From an uncultured Acidimicrobiia bacterium (lineage in GTDB: Bacteria > Actinomycetota > Acidimicrobiia > Spongiisociales > JAENVV01), in assembly GCA_964600365.1 (NCBI GenBank), contig CAZRJG010000004.1:7487-71486 (forward strand): DNA of 64,000 bases. Direction: 5' to 3'. Made by a program: the position numbers and the translations under genes. Within the stretch, counting starts at the first letter, position 1, and the number at the start of each line of letters is the position of its first letter. Below the pieces are notes generated by a model. It did not search any database. It was given only the letters and a program-made list of their open reading frames with translations, and had not been told where the DNA came from. Shown in pieces: positions 20,279 to 28,899 of this stretch.

Positions 20279-20674
20279 ATGCCGCAAGTGATCGGCTATT
20301 TCGAGGGGACGGACCCGGTGGTGCTCACCTCCCTCGTCTGCCACGGATACGCCACCCAGCCCATTTCCAACGGAGCGGACAACCACGGGACGCACATCCT
20401 GCTGCTCAACCAACTGAGCAAGCCCGATGTGATCGTCGGGTACCTCCACAAGGTGATGGCGCATGAACCCGCTGATGCCGACTGGCCATCGGCAGAGGAC
20501 ATCGTGTTCCAGTGCCGGATCCTCTCGGTGCCGCTCGTGCTGGTCGTGCCCGAGGAGAGCATCGAGTGCGCACCCCAGTTCTTCGAGGACCTTCCGGAGG
20601 TCGTCGTGTTCACCACGCCCGAGCAGATGCTGCAAACGGTCGACAACCTCCTCGATGACGTCGTCGCCGACTGA
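20279..20674 (+). CDS. Hypothetical small acidic alpha/beta protein, co-transcribed with gdhA
   Basis: 131 aa, 11 bp after the gdhA stop, with a GAGGAG RBS. Confidence 0.55.
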   Translation: MPQVIGYFEGTDPVVLTSLVCHGYATQPISNGADNHGTHILLLNQLSKPDVIVGYLHKVMAHEPADADWPSAEDIVFQCRILSVPLVLVVPEESIECAPQFFEDLPEVVVFTTPEQMLQTVDNLLDDVVAD

Positions 20675-20712
20675 GTCATCCGGATAGCTGACTGGTCACG
20701 TAGTACGGGGGC

Positions 20713-21288
20713 ATGGCGCTCGAGAGTCGGGCGCGTTCCTATAGAAGGACTTGCTCCCATGAAGCCTTCCTGATCGCGCTCCTTGCGCTCTCCCTCGTTG
20801 CCGCTGCGTGTTCGGCCGGTGACCCGGAGCCCGCCCCGGAGACGACCACCGCCACGACCGCGGCCGCCGCTGAGTTGGGCCCGATCGTCGATGTTGCCGC
20901 CGAGGCCGGTTCCTTCGGCACGCTGCTTGCTGCTGCCGAGGCCGCGGGCCTCGCCGAGACCCTCGCGACGGGTGGCCCGTTCACGGTGCTCGCCCCGACC
21001 GATGAGGCGTTCGCTGCGCTGCCCGAGGGCACGCTTGATGCGCTGCTCGCCGATCCCGAGGCGCTCGCTGACATCCTGCTCTATCACGTGATCGAGGGCG
21101 AGGTGCGTGCTGAGACCGTCGTGACGCTCGATGCCGCAACGAGCCTCCAGGGGTCCGGCATCGCCATCGCCGTGGTTGATGGTGGTGTGGTCCTCAACGA
21201 GTGCGCCATTGTCGTCACCACCGATGTCATGGCCTCGAACGGCACGATTCACGTCATCGACGCAGTCATCCTCCCGCCGAGCGGGTAA
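20713..21288 (+). CDS. Fasciclin (FAS1) domain lipoprotein
   Basis: Signal peptide with LVAAAC lipobox, Thr-rich linker, then a FAS1 core (GPFTVLAPTDEAF...HVIDAVILP). Confidence 0.8.
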   Translation: MALESRARSYRRTCSHEAFLIALLALSLVAAACSAGDPEPAPETTTATTAAAAELGPIVDVAAEAGSFGTLLAAAEAAGLAETLATGGPFTVLAPTDEAFAALPEGTLDALLADPEALADILLYHVIEGEVRAETVVTLDAATSLQGSGIAIAVVDGGVVLNECAIVVTTDVMASNGTIHVIDAVILPPSG

Positions 21289-21317
21289 CCACTCGCTTCC
21301 ATCTCAACGATTGTGAT

Positions 21318-21343
21318 GGGTGCCGCCCTCACGGGAGGCACCC
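21318..21343. terminator. GC-rich stem-loop between convergent genes, acting as a bidirectional terminator
   Basis: GGGTGCCGCCC-TCAC-GGGAGGCACCC inverted repeat. Confidence 0.45.
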
Positions 21344-21350
21344 AACCGCG

Positions 21351-22070
21351 TCAGGGGGTGACCTTGCGTTCGAGGCCGTCGAGGAGGAGGTCGAGCCCGA
21401 ACTCGAACTCCGTCTGGTCGTCGCACCACCCGAGGGTGGAGTCAGGGTCGTCGTGGGCGACCTCAGCGAGCATGCCCACGAGGTTCGGGACGCGATCGGC
21501 CATGTCGGACAGAGTCGTTGCACCTTCGTCGGGAGGGGCCGAGTCGTCGGGTGAGAAGAGTTCCTGGTTGAAGCCCAGGGCGCGGCTACCGAGGGCGTGC
21601 AGTGCGTGGTGGGCGAGGTCGTAGGAGAAGCCGCCCTCGAGCATCGTTCCCAGGACGGCATCGAAGTAGAGAAGCAGCCTGGGGTTGATCCTCGTCCTCG
21701 TCTCAATGACCGACGGTGCCCACGGGTGGCGGAGCATGACCTTTCGCGCCGTGAGGATCCGGGTGCGCAGCCGCTCCTTCCATCCGGGCGGGGGCTTGAT
21801 GCCGTCCAGCTCGGTTGTGATCTCCTCGACGATGACGTCGACCATCCCGTCGAGGAGTGCGTCCTTGTTCTTCACGTGGTGGTACAGCGACATCGCCTCC
21901 ACCGAGAGACGTTCGGCGACGCCGCGCATCGTCACGGCTCCGATCCCTTCCTCGTCGGCGAGCGCGACGGCCACGAGGGCGATGCGTTCGGGCGAGAGGG
22001 GGGCGCGGGGAAGGGGTCCGTCCGACTCGGTGGCCGTCATGTGGGAATCGTACCACGTAAGGATTGACAC
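21351..22070 (-). CDS. TetR/AcrR family transcriptional regulator
   Basis: N-terminal HTH (IALVAVALADEEGIGAVTMRGVAERLSVEAMSLYHHVKNKDALL); the start may instead be at 22040. Confidence 0.85.
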   Translation of the reverse strand: MSILTWYDSHMTATESDGPLPRAPLSPERIALVAVALADEEGIGAVTMRGVAERLSVEAMSLYHHVKNKDALLDGMVDVIVEEITTELDGIKPPPGWKERLRTRILTARKVMLRHPWAPSVIETRTRINPRLLLYFDAVLGTMLEGGFSYDLAHHALHALGSRALGFNQELFSPDDSAPPDEGATTLSDMADRVPNLVGMLAEVAHDDPDSTLGWCDDQTEFEFGLDLLLDGLERKVTP

Positions 22071-22118
22071 CCCTTACGATGTATGGGAACCTTACGACGT
22101 ACGAACGAGGGAGGGCCC

Positions 22119-23111
22119 ATGACCACCACCAACACCGCCACGATGCGCGCTGTGCTCGGCGAGCGCTACGGCGACGCCGCGACCCTCCGAGTGGGGGAGG
22201 TGCCTGTTCCGCGGCTCGCTCCCGACCGGGTGCTGCTGCGCATCCATGCGTCGTCCGTGAACGCCTATGACCACCACATGACCACCGGGACCCCGCTCAT
22301 GGTGCGGGCGATGATCGGGTGGAGGGCACCGAAGCGGCCCATCCCCGGGGCCGACGTTGCCGGGGTCATCGAGGCAGTCGGTGCCGAGGTCGAAGGGTTC
22401 TCCGTCGGAGACCGGGTCTTCGGCAACGTCGGTGCCGGAGCGTGGGCCGAACGTGCCTTGGCGAATCCCCGGGGGCTCGCCCCCATCCCCGAAGGGGTCT
22501 CGTTCGAGGATGCGGCGGCGACCCCGATGGCCGGGCTCACCGCGCTCCAAGCGGTGCGTGACTTCGCTGCGGTCGGGTCGGGCCAACGAGTCCTCGTGAA
22601 CGGGGCCTCGGGAGGGGTCGGGACCTTCGCCGTCCAGATCGCCGTGGCGCTGGGCGCCGAGGTCACTGCGGTCTGCAGCACCACCAAGGTCGACGCTGCG
22701 GTGGCGCTCGGCGCATCGCGGGTCATCGACTACACGGCGGTCGACTTCACGAAGGAAGCCGGCCAGCACAACGCCCTCATCGACAACGCCGGGACGCGGT
22801 CCTGGTGGGCGACCCGTCGCACCCTCGTCCCGACCGGGAAGAACGTCACGATCAGCGCGCCGAAGCACCTCGTGCTCGGACCGCTGCGTCACACGCTCGC
22901 CCGGAAGGCGGTCGCCGCCTTTGATTCACGCTCGTTCGCATCGTTCACGGCCAGCACGTCTCGAGCGGACCTCGACGTCCTCGCCGGCATGCTCGCCGAC
23001 GGTGGGATCTCACCGGTCATCGAGCGAACCCATCCGCTCGAGGATGCCCCGGTCGCACTCGCGGTGGTCTCCGCCGGCCATGCGGCGGGGAAGCACGTGA
23101 TCGTCATGTAG
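22119..23111 (+). CDS. NADPH:quinone oxidoreductase / zinc-type alcohol dehydrogenase-like (MDR), divergent from the TetR gene
   Basis: GASGGVGTFAVQIA Rossmann motif. Confidence 0.8.
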   Translation: MTTTNTATMRAVLGERYGDAATLRVGEVPVPRLAPDRVLLRIHASSVNAYDHHMTTGTPLMVRAMIGWRAPKRPIPGADVAGVIEAVGAEVEGFSVGDRVFGNVGAGAWAERALANPRGLAPIPEGVSFEDAAATPMAGLTALQAVRDFAAVGSGQRVLVNGASGGVGTFAVQIAVALGAEVTAVCSTTKVDAAVALGASRVIDYTAVDFTKEAGQHNALIDNAGTRSWWATRRTLVPTGKNVTISAPKHLVLGPLRHTLARKAVAAFDSRSFASFTASTSRADLDVLAGMLADGGISPVIERTHPLEDAPVALAVVSAGHAAGKHVIVM

Positions 23112-23149
23112 CCATCCGCCGGGTGGGCGGGCCCCGTATCGGGGTCGAC

Positions 23150-23645
23150 GCCCGAAGGTCACGTCATCCACCGTGCCGCCCGCCTCCATGCGAGGCGGTT
23201 CGGTGGTGAGCGGGTCCAGGCGTGGTCGCCCCAGGGGAGGTGTACCGAGGGCGCCTCGCGGCTTGGCGCGAGGTCCGTCCCGATCGGGGCTGCGCTGCTC
23301 GATCAGAGGCGATCGCAGGGGTCGGGAACGTCTACCGGGTCGAGTTGCTCTTCCCGGTGGACATCGACCCCGCCACTCCGGCGAAGGACCTCGACGCAGG
23401 GCAGGTCGAGCGGCTCCGGACGGCGACGGAGGAACCTCTCCGGGCAGGGGAGCGGTCCGGGGGGATCATCACGGTCGACCCCGGAGAGGTCGGTGCCCGG
23501 TCGACCGGTGACCTTCGGGGAAACGAGCGGCTGTATGCGTACAAACGCGATGGCCAGCCCTGCAGGAGGTGCGGCTCGGAGATCCCGATCGGCGAACTCG
23601 GGGGCCGTTCCATCTGATGGCGCCCCGGCTGCCAACGATGATTGC
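23150..23645 (+). pseudogene. Decayed formamidopyrimidine-DNA glycosylase / endonuclease VIII (fpg/nei) gene; the catalytic N-terminal domain is missing
   Basis: Frame 0 reads HARRFG...LGARSVPIGAALLDQ. After a -1 shift near 23293 the next frame reads IAGVGNVYRVELLF (H2TH) ...YAYKRDGQPCRRCGSEI (zinc finger, first half). A premature TGA then precedes WRPGCQR*, where intact genes have WCPxCQ. Confidence 0.6.
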
Positions 23646-23924
23646 GTTCGGCCACTGGTCCGCGACGTCCTCGCCTCGGTTCGGAACAGCACGAGCATCG
23701 AGTGGAGGAGGTACCCGATGCCCCATGCGGCGGCGATGGAGTAGAACCAGTTGAAGCCACTCCCGGTGAGCAGGTCCAGGATCGCCACCGAGAGCAGGGT
23801 CGTGAAGCCCCAGCCGAGTGCGAATCGGGTCCTGAGCGTCGCATGCTCCCTCGAGGTCCCAGCCAGGATGCCTGCGATGGCGACTGGCCATCCCGGGAGC
23901 TCCCCGCCCTAACCTCCGTCGTCG

Positions 23925-25712
23925 ATGGATAGCGCCGTCTTCGACATCGCCTTGCTCGTCACGCTCGCCGTGGCGGCGACATGGATCGCAGCCCGACTGC
24001 GGATCCCCTCCATCGTCGTGCTCCTCGTGGGTGGTGTATTGGTGGGGCCGGTGTTCCAGGTGCTCGACCCGGATGCCCTCGCGGGCGACGTCCTGCTGCC
24101 GCTCGTGTCGGTCTCCGTCGGACTCATCCTCTTCGAGGGCGGCCTCAGCCTTCGCTTCCGGGAGATCGCGAGCAGCCAGCGGGTGTTGTGGCTCCTCGTG
24201 AGCCTCGGCGTCCTCGTCACCTGGGCGCTCGGCGCCCTTTCGGCGTCGGCGTTCCTCGGCTTCCCCACCGACCTCTCGATCCTGCTCGGCGCGATCCTCG
24301 TGGTGTCGGGGCCGACCGTGATCGGCCCCATCCTCTCGAGCGTGAGGCCCCGGCAATCGGTGTCCTCGTTGCTCAAGTGGGAGAGCATCGTGATCGACCC
24401 GATCGGCGCGATGCTCGCCGTGATCGCCTATGAGGTCATCTTCGTGGGTGCCGATGGACCGGCCGACAGCGCCCTTGCCACCGCAGGTCTCTTCGTCCTC
24501 GATGGAGTGCTTGCAGGGCTCAGCGTCGCCGTCCCCACCGGCTGGGCGCTCCGCAGGCACCTCATCCCCGAACGCCTTGTCCCGCTCGTGGGGATCACGG
24601 CTGCACTCATCGCGTTCGCAGCCGCCGACCTCGTCGCGCAGGAGTCGGGGTTGCTCGCGACCACCGTGCTCGGCCTCTCCCTCGCGAACCGCAAGGAGCT
24701 CCGGACCAAGCCGATCATCCAGTTCTCCGAGGTGATCCAGACACTCCTCGTCGGCCTCCTCTTCATCGTCCTCTCGGCCCGCCTCACCCGCGAGCAATTG
24801 TCCGAGATCTCGATTGGTGTCGTCGGCCTCGTCCTCGTGCTCGTCCTCGTGGCCCGCCCCCTGGCCGTCTGGATCGCGACATGGGGATCGGAGTTCTCCC
24901 TCCGAGAGCGCGGCTTCATCGCAGCGGTCGCTCCCCGGGGCATCGTCGCCGCCGCCGTGGCATCGGTGTTCGCCCTCGAGTTGGAGGAGTCGGGCATCGA
25001 GGGCGGGGAGATCCTCCCGCCCATCACGTTCGCGGTGATCGTTGGCACGGTGTTGCTCTACGGGTTCGGCGCAGGGCCGCTTGCTCGGTGGCTGGGCCTC
25101 GCCGAGAAGTCCAGTCAGGGGATCCTCATCGTCGGCGCGGGGCCCGTGGAGCGGTTCGTCGGTGATGCGCTCGCCGCGTCCGGCGTGGCCGTGCTGCACG
25201 CCACGACGAGCCGGAGGGACGAGATCGATGCGCGACTCGCCGGACGGCGCACCTACTACGGGAACCTCCTCGACCACGAGCTGCCGCTCGACCTCGACCT
25301 TGCCGGGATCGGCAGGGTGATGGCGATGACGCCGAACGACGAGGTCAACACGCTCGCCACGGAACGCTTCGCGGAGCTGTTCGGGGCCGGGGAGACCTAT
25401 CGACTGGCTGCGAGTCCGCTCGGGCCGGGGATCGAAGAGCCCTCCGAGGCCTTTGGGGGCCGGACGTTGTTCGGATCGACCGCCACGTACGCCTCGCTCG
25501 CAGAGCGGATTGACGCCGGGGCTGAGATTCGTAGGACGAAGCTCGGCGCCGAGTTCGACGTCGAGGACCTCCGCGCAGAGATGGGGGAGGGCGCGATGAC
25601 GCTCTTCCTCCTCAGGAACCGCCAGGTCTTCATCCGGGCAACGGATTCGCCCCGACGGATCCTCGATCGTGCGCAGGCCGGCGACACGGTGCTGTGGTTG
25701 ACCTCGCCCTGA
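23925..25712 (+). CDS. CPA1-family Na+/H+ antiporter (NhaP-type) with C-terminal RCK/TrkA-N and TrkA-C regulatory domains
   Basis: 595 aa; 12-TM N-terminal domain; GILIVGAGPVERFVGDAL Rossmann-like RCK. Confidence 0.85.
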   Translation: MDSAVFDIALLVTLAVAATWIAARLRIPSIVVLLVGGVLVGPVFQVLDPDALAGDVLLPLVSVSVGLILFEGGLSLRFREIASSQRVLWLLVSLGVLVTWALGALSASAFLGFPTDLSILLGAILVVSGPTVIGPILSSVRPRQSVSSLLKWESIVIDPIGAMLAVIAYEVIFVGADGPADSALATAGLFVLDGVLAGLSVAVPTGWALRRHLIPERLVPLVGITAALIAFAAADLVAQESGLLATTVLGLSLANRKELRTKPIIQFSEVIQTLLVGLLFIVLSARLTREQLSEISIGVVGLVLVLVLVARPLAVWIATWGSEFSLRERGFIAAVAPRGIVAAAVASVFALELEESGIEGGEILPPITFAVIVGTVLLYGFGAGPLARWLGLAEKSSQGILIVGAGPVERFVGDALAASGVAVLHATTSRRDEIDARLAGRRTYYGNLLDHELPLDLDLAGIGRVMAMTPNDEVNTLATERFAELFGAGETYRLAASPLGPGIEEPSEAFGGRTLFGSTATYASLAERIDAGAEIRRTKLGAEFDVEDLRAEMGEGAMTLFLLRNRQVFIRATDSPRRILDRAQAGDTVLWLTSP

Positions 25713-25904
25713 CCGAACGCGGACGACCCCCGGCTGGGAGGAGGATGCAGGGGGTCGTCGCAACAGCCCGATGAGTGCGCAAGGGAGGAGTGCTCGAGCC
25801 GTGATGCACCTGTCCTACGGTGCCGGCGAAGGTGTGGATCACCGAATCTCCGAGGAATCTTCCAGCAGCGGGTCTGCCATGATCCGGGGCATGCAGAGGC
25901 GACG

Positions 25905-26150
25905 ATGACCAGCAGGTGGCAGGTGGTGCCGGCGCGTTGGCGGAGCGTGGTGTTCGGGTTCCTTCTCTCGGGGCTCATGACGTTCCTCGTGAGCGGACTC
26001 ACCACGGCCATCAACCTGGGGCTCGACGCGTTCAGTGTCGACCTGTGGATGGGAGCGTTCGTGCGGTCGTGGCCGATCACGTTCCCGTCGGTGCTCCTCG
26101 TCGCCCCGGTGGTCCACCGACTCGTCGCTCGCATCGTCGAGCCCACGTAG
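25905..26150 (+). CDS. Small two-TM membrane protein (DUF2798-like)
   Basis: 81 aa, two hydrophobic helices. Confidence 0.5.
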   Translation: MTSRWQVVPARWRSVVFGFLLSGLMTFLVSGLTTAINLGLDAFSVDLWMGAFVRSWPITFPSVLLVAPVVHRLVARIVEPT

Positions 26151-26211
26151 ACCGCAAACGATTGCTGCGGTGCGGTAGTGTCGCGCCATCGCCTACAGCG
26201 GAGGACGCGAC

Positions 26212-27090
26212 ATGGACATCGGATGGATCGGCCTCGGGGACATGGGCCAGGTGATCGTGCCCCGACTGTTGGAGGCGGGTCATCGCGTGCGTGGCTGGAA
26301 CCGCACGATGGCCAAGGCGGAGCCGCTCGTCGCGTTGGGCATGGAGGTCGCCGAGTCCGCAGCCGACGCCGCGCGGGGTGCCGAGTTCGTGTTCTCGGTC
26401 GTCACCGACTCGAAGGCCGTGCGCATGGTCGCGCTCGGGGACGCGGGGATCGTCGAGGGACTCGGATCCGACGCCGTGTACATGGACATGAGCACGATCG
26501 ATCCGCTCGTGAGTAGGGAGGTGTCGGCCGCGTTTGCCGAGCGTGGCCTCACGATGCTCGACGTCCCGCTCTCGGGCAGCCCGGTGACGGTACGGCAGGG
26601 GAAGGCGTCGACGATGGTCGGGGGCTCCCCCGAGGACTTCGCCAAAGTGGAGCCAGTGCTTCGTGACGTGGGGGCGAACGTGAGCCACATCGGCCCCCAG
26701 GGCACCGCCGTCCAGATGAAGGTCGCGATCAACCTCACACTGATCGTCGAGATGGTGGTGTTCTGCGAGTCCGTCGCCCTCGCCGAGAAGGGCGGGGTGG
26801 ATCGGTCGGTCGCCGTCGATGCGATGCTGAAGAGCGTCGTCGCATCGCCGGTGATGGGCTACCGGGGGCCCTTCATCCTCGACATGCCCGATACGCCCCT
26901 CGCCGACGTCACCCTGCAGCAGAAGGACATGGTCCTCGCACTCGAGGTGGCCCGTCGCCAGGGCTCGATGGCGCCCCTCGGCGCTGTCGCGAACGAACTC
27001 CTCAACGCGTGTCGCGGGCTGGGCATCGACCACCGCGACTTCGTCACCGTCTTCGACGTGTACCGCATGCTGGCGGGGGTGGCGGAGTGA
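26212..27090 (+). CDS. NAD(P)-dependent oxidoreductase, 3-hydroxyisobutyrate dehydrogenase / tartronate semialdehyde reductase family
   Basis: MDIGWIGLGDMG Rossmann N-terminus, 292 aa. Confidence 0.85.
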   Translation: MDIGWIGLGDMGQVIVPRLLEAGHRVRGWNRTMAKAEPLVALGMEVAESAADAARGAEFVFSVVTDSKAVRMVALGDAGIVEGLGSDAVYMDMSTIDPLVSREVSAAFAERGLTMLDVPLSGSPVTVRQGKASTMVGGSPEDFAKVEPVLRDVGANVSHIGPQGTAVQMKVAINLTLIVEMVVFCESVALAEKGGVDRSVAVDAMLKSVVASPVMGYRGPFILDMPDTPLADVTLQQKDMVLALEVARRQGSMAPLGAVANELLNACRGLGIDHRDFVTVFDVYRMLAGVAE

Positions 27091-27494
27091 ACGACCGCTA
27101 TCGCGTGCGCCTCGAGGACGTCCCGCTCGTACCCAACCTCCGCGAGGACGACGGGTGGGTCAACATGCAGGTGCAGTTCCTGGTCGGAAGCGAGAGTGTC
27201 GGCGTCGACGATTTCCTCCTGGGGTGGACGGTCCTGCCTCCCGGGGCGAAACACGATCGGCACCTCCACCATGACGCTGATGAGTTCTTCATCGTGCTCC
27301 AGGGGAGCGGCCGCATCTACACCGATGATGGGACCGCCCCGTCGACGAGGGGCGATGTGATTTGGACACCCCGCGGGAAGTGGCACGGCTTCGACAACAC
27401 GGGTGATGAGGACGTGGTGCTCGTCTGGGGGTGGAACGGAGCCGGGTCGCTTGAGGCGAGTGGCTATGAGGTGCACCCCGAGGCGCACTCCTGA
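27087..27494 (+). CDS. Cupin domain protein
   Basis: GTG start overlapping the upstream stop (GTGA); HLHHDADEFFIVLQG...WH cupin motifs. Confidence 0.65.
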   Translation: MNDRYRVRLEDVPLVPNLREDDGWVNMQVQFLVGSESVGVDDFLLGWTVLPPGAKHDRHLHHDADEFFIVLQGSGRIYTDDGTAPSTRGDVIWTPRGKWHGFDNTGDEDVVLVWGWNGAGSLEASGYEVHPEAHS

Positions 27495-27625
27495 ACCCCT
27501 GGGACGACCCTCGGGTCCGTGCCGGGTTCCTGCGCCAACTCGCTCGACGGAGGGGCGAGCTCGCAGAAGGCGCGATCCCGATCGGGTGGAAGGTTGGCTT
27601 CGGAGCACCCTCGTCGCTCCAGCTC

Positions 27626-28195
27626 ATGGAGATCGAGGCGCCGCTGCTCGGCCACCTCACTGATCGCACCGTGCTGACGGACGGGGCAACGGTGGATGCC
27701 TCGTCCTGGGTCAGGGGGGTCGTCGAGTTCGAGGTGGCGGTGTGGGTCGGCGAGACGCTCGGCTCTGGGACGACTCCAGACGATGCCAGGGCCGCGGTGC
27801 GCGCCGTGGGCCCTGCGATCGAGGTGGCTGACGTCGACCTCGTGCCCGGTCCTGGGACCGTCGAGGCGATCCTCGCCGATGACATATTCCACCGGGGAGT
27901 GCTCCTCGGTGATCGCGACGAGACACGTGCCGGCCTCCACATCGATGGACTCACCGCCGTGATCGAGATCGATGGTGAGTCCTTCGCGGAGACGTCCGAT
28001 CTCGAGGCCATCACCGGCCGGTACGACGAGGTGGTGGCCACGGTCGCGAACACGTTGGGGGCGTTCGGAGAGCACCTCGTGGAGGGCGCAGTCATCATCA
28101 CCGGCTCGGTCATCCCGCCGGTTCCCATAGATGCAGGCGAGAGATTCTCGTTCCGACTCGGGGACTACGCGCCTCTCACCTTGCGCCGGGCCTAG
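27626..28195 (+). CDS. 2-keto-4-pentenoate hydratase / 4-oxalocrotonate decarboxylase family (MhpD/HpcG-like); the N-terminus appears truncated or non-canonically initiated
   Basis: C-terminal GAVIITGSV...GERFSFRLGDY matches the MhpD family. The frame is open upstream to 27470 and encodes the family GWKVG motif with no ATG/GTG/TTG before it. Confidence 0.6.
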   Translation: MEIEAPLLGHLTDRTVLTDGATVDASSWVRGVVEFEVAVWVGETLGSGTTPDDARAAVRAVGPAIEVADVDLVPGPGTVEAILADDIFHRGVLLGDRDETRAGLHIDGLTAVIEIDGESFAETSDLEAITGRYDEVVATVANTLGAFGEHLVEGAVIITGSVIPPVPIDAGERFSFRLGDYAPLTLRRA

Positions 28196-28198
28196 GCC

Positions 28199-28711
28199 TC
28201 AGCGTCCTGCCGCCTTCCTCCATGCGCTGAAGTTCGCCACCGAACCCTTGTGGGGTGGCACGAGCCACGGATGAAGGGTCGCGAGGCGCACTCGTTGGTC
28301 GCTCGCGGGAAGCCGGGTGCTGGGGCGTGGGCGACGGCGACGGGCTTCGAGCTCCTGCATCTCGTCGACGCACGCCATCTCCCGACTCCAACGAGGTGCG
28401 GGAGGTTCTTCCGGAGGGCCGTGGCATCGCCGCGCCTTCACCGATCGGATCCCGACCCTCGCATAGAGGTGACGGGCGTACTCCCGCCCGAGCAACTCGT
28501 CGCGGAACTTCGCGACATCGGGTGGCGGCCCGCCCTCGATGGACTCCCACATCCCTTCGGGCGGGAGCAGGCCGTGGCGGATCCACGGCGAGAGTTCCGG
28601 GGCCCCCGTGCGTGGCCACCGCCGACCCGATGCGTAGATCCACACCGACCCGTGCTGCGTGATCGACATGCGGGGCCACGCATCGGGAAGGCAGTAGGTG
28701 GCCTGTGCCAC
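28199..28711 (-). CDS. Hypothetical protein; possibly part of a frameshifted gene
   Basis: GC3 about 85% in this frame against about 60% on the + strand. The adjacent upstream frame encodes MSRSWRDLTYVHWPVDP, which suggests a disrupted longer gene. Confidence 0.3.
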   Translation of the reverse strand: MAQATYCLPDAWPRMSITQHGSVWIYASGRRWPRTGAPELSPWIRHGLLPPEGMWESIEGGPPPDVAKFRDELLGREYARHLYARVGIRSVKARRCHGPPEEPPAPRWSREMACVDEMQELEARRRRPRPSTRLPASDQRVRLATLHPWLVPPHKGSVANFSAWRKAAGR

Positions 28712-28899
28712 GAGGGCCGGGATCGACGGGCCAGTGGACGTAGGTGAGGTCCCGCCACGACCTGCTCATGACGGAGCATTCGATCCCCGGGGGGGATCCA
28801 GCGAGGAGTGGATGTCGCACGGTGGGGATACGGAGCTGGCCGCGGCCGGGGGCGATGTCTCGAGTCTGAGGGAAGCGCGTCTCCCACTACATTCATCCC

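Noticed and set aside
20713-20760. Alternative start for the fasciclin lipoprotein at the in-text sequence catgaagcc
   Set aside because: That ATG is out of frame (the frame reads H-E-A); the ORF-track start at 20713 was kept
23469-25763. 764-aa minus-strand ORF
   Set aside because: It is antisense to the NhaP-type antiporter gene and is extremely Arg/Gly/Asp-rich with no domain
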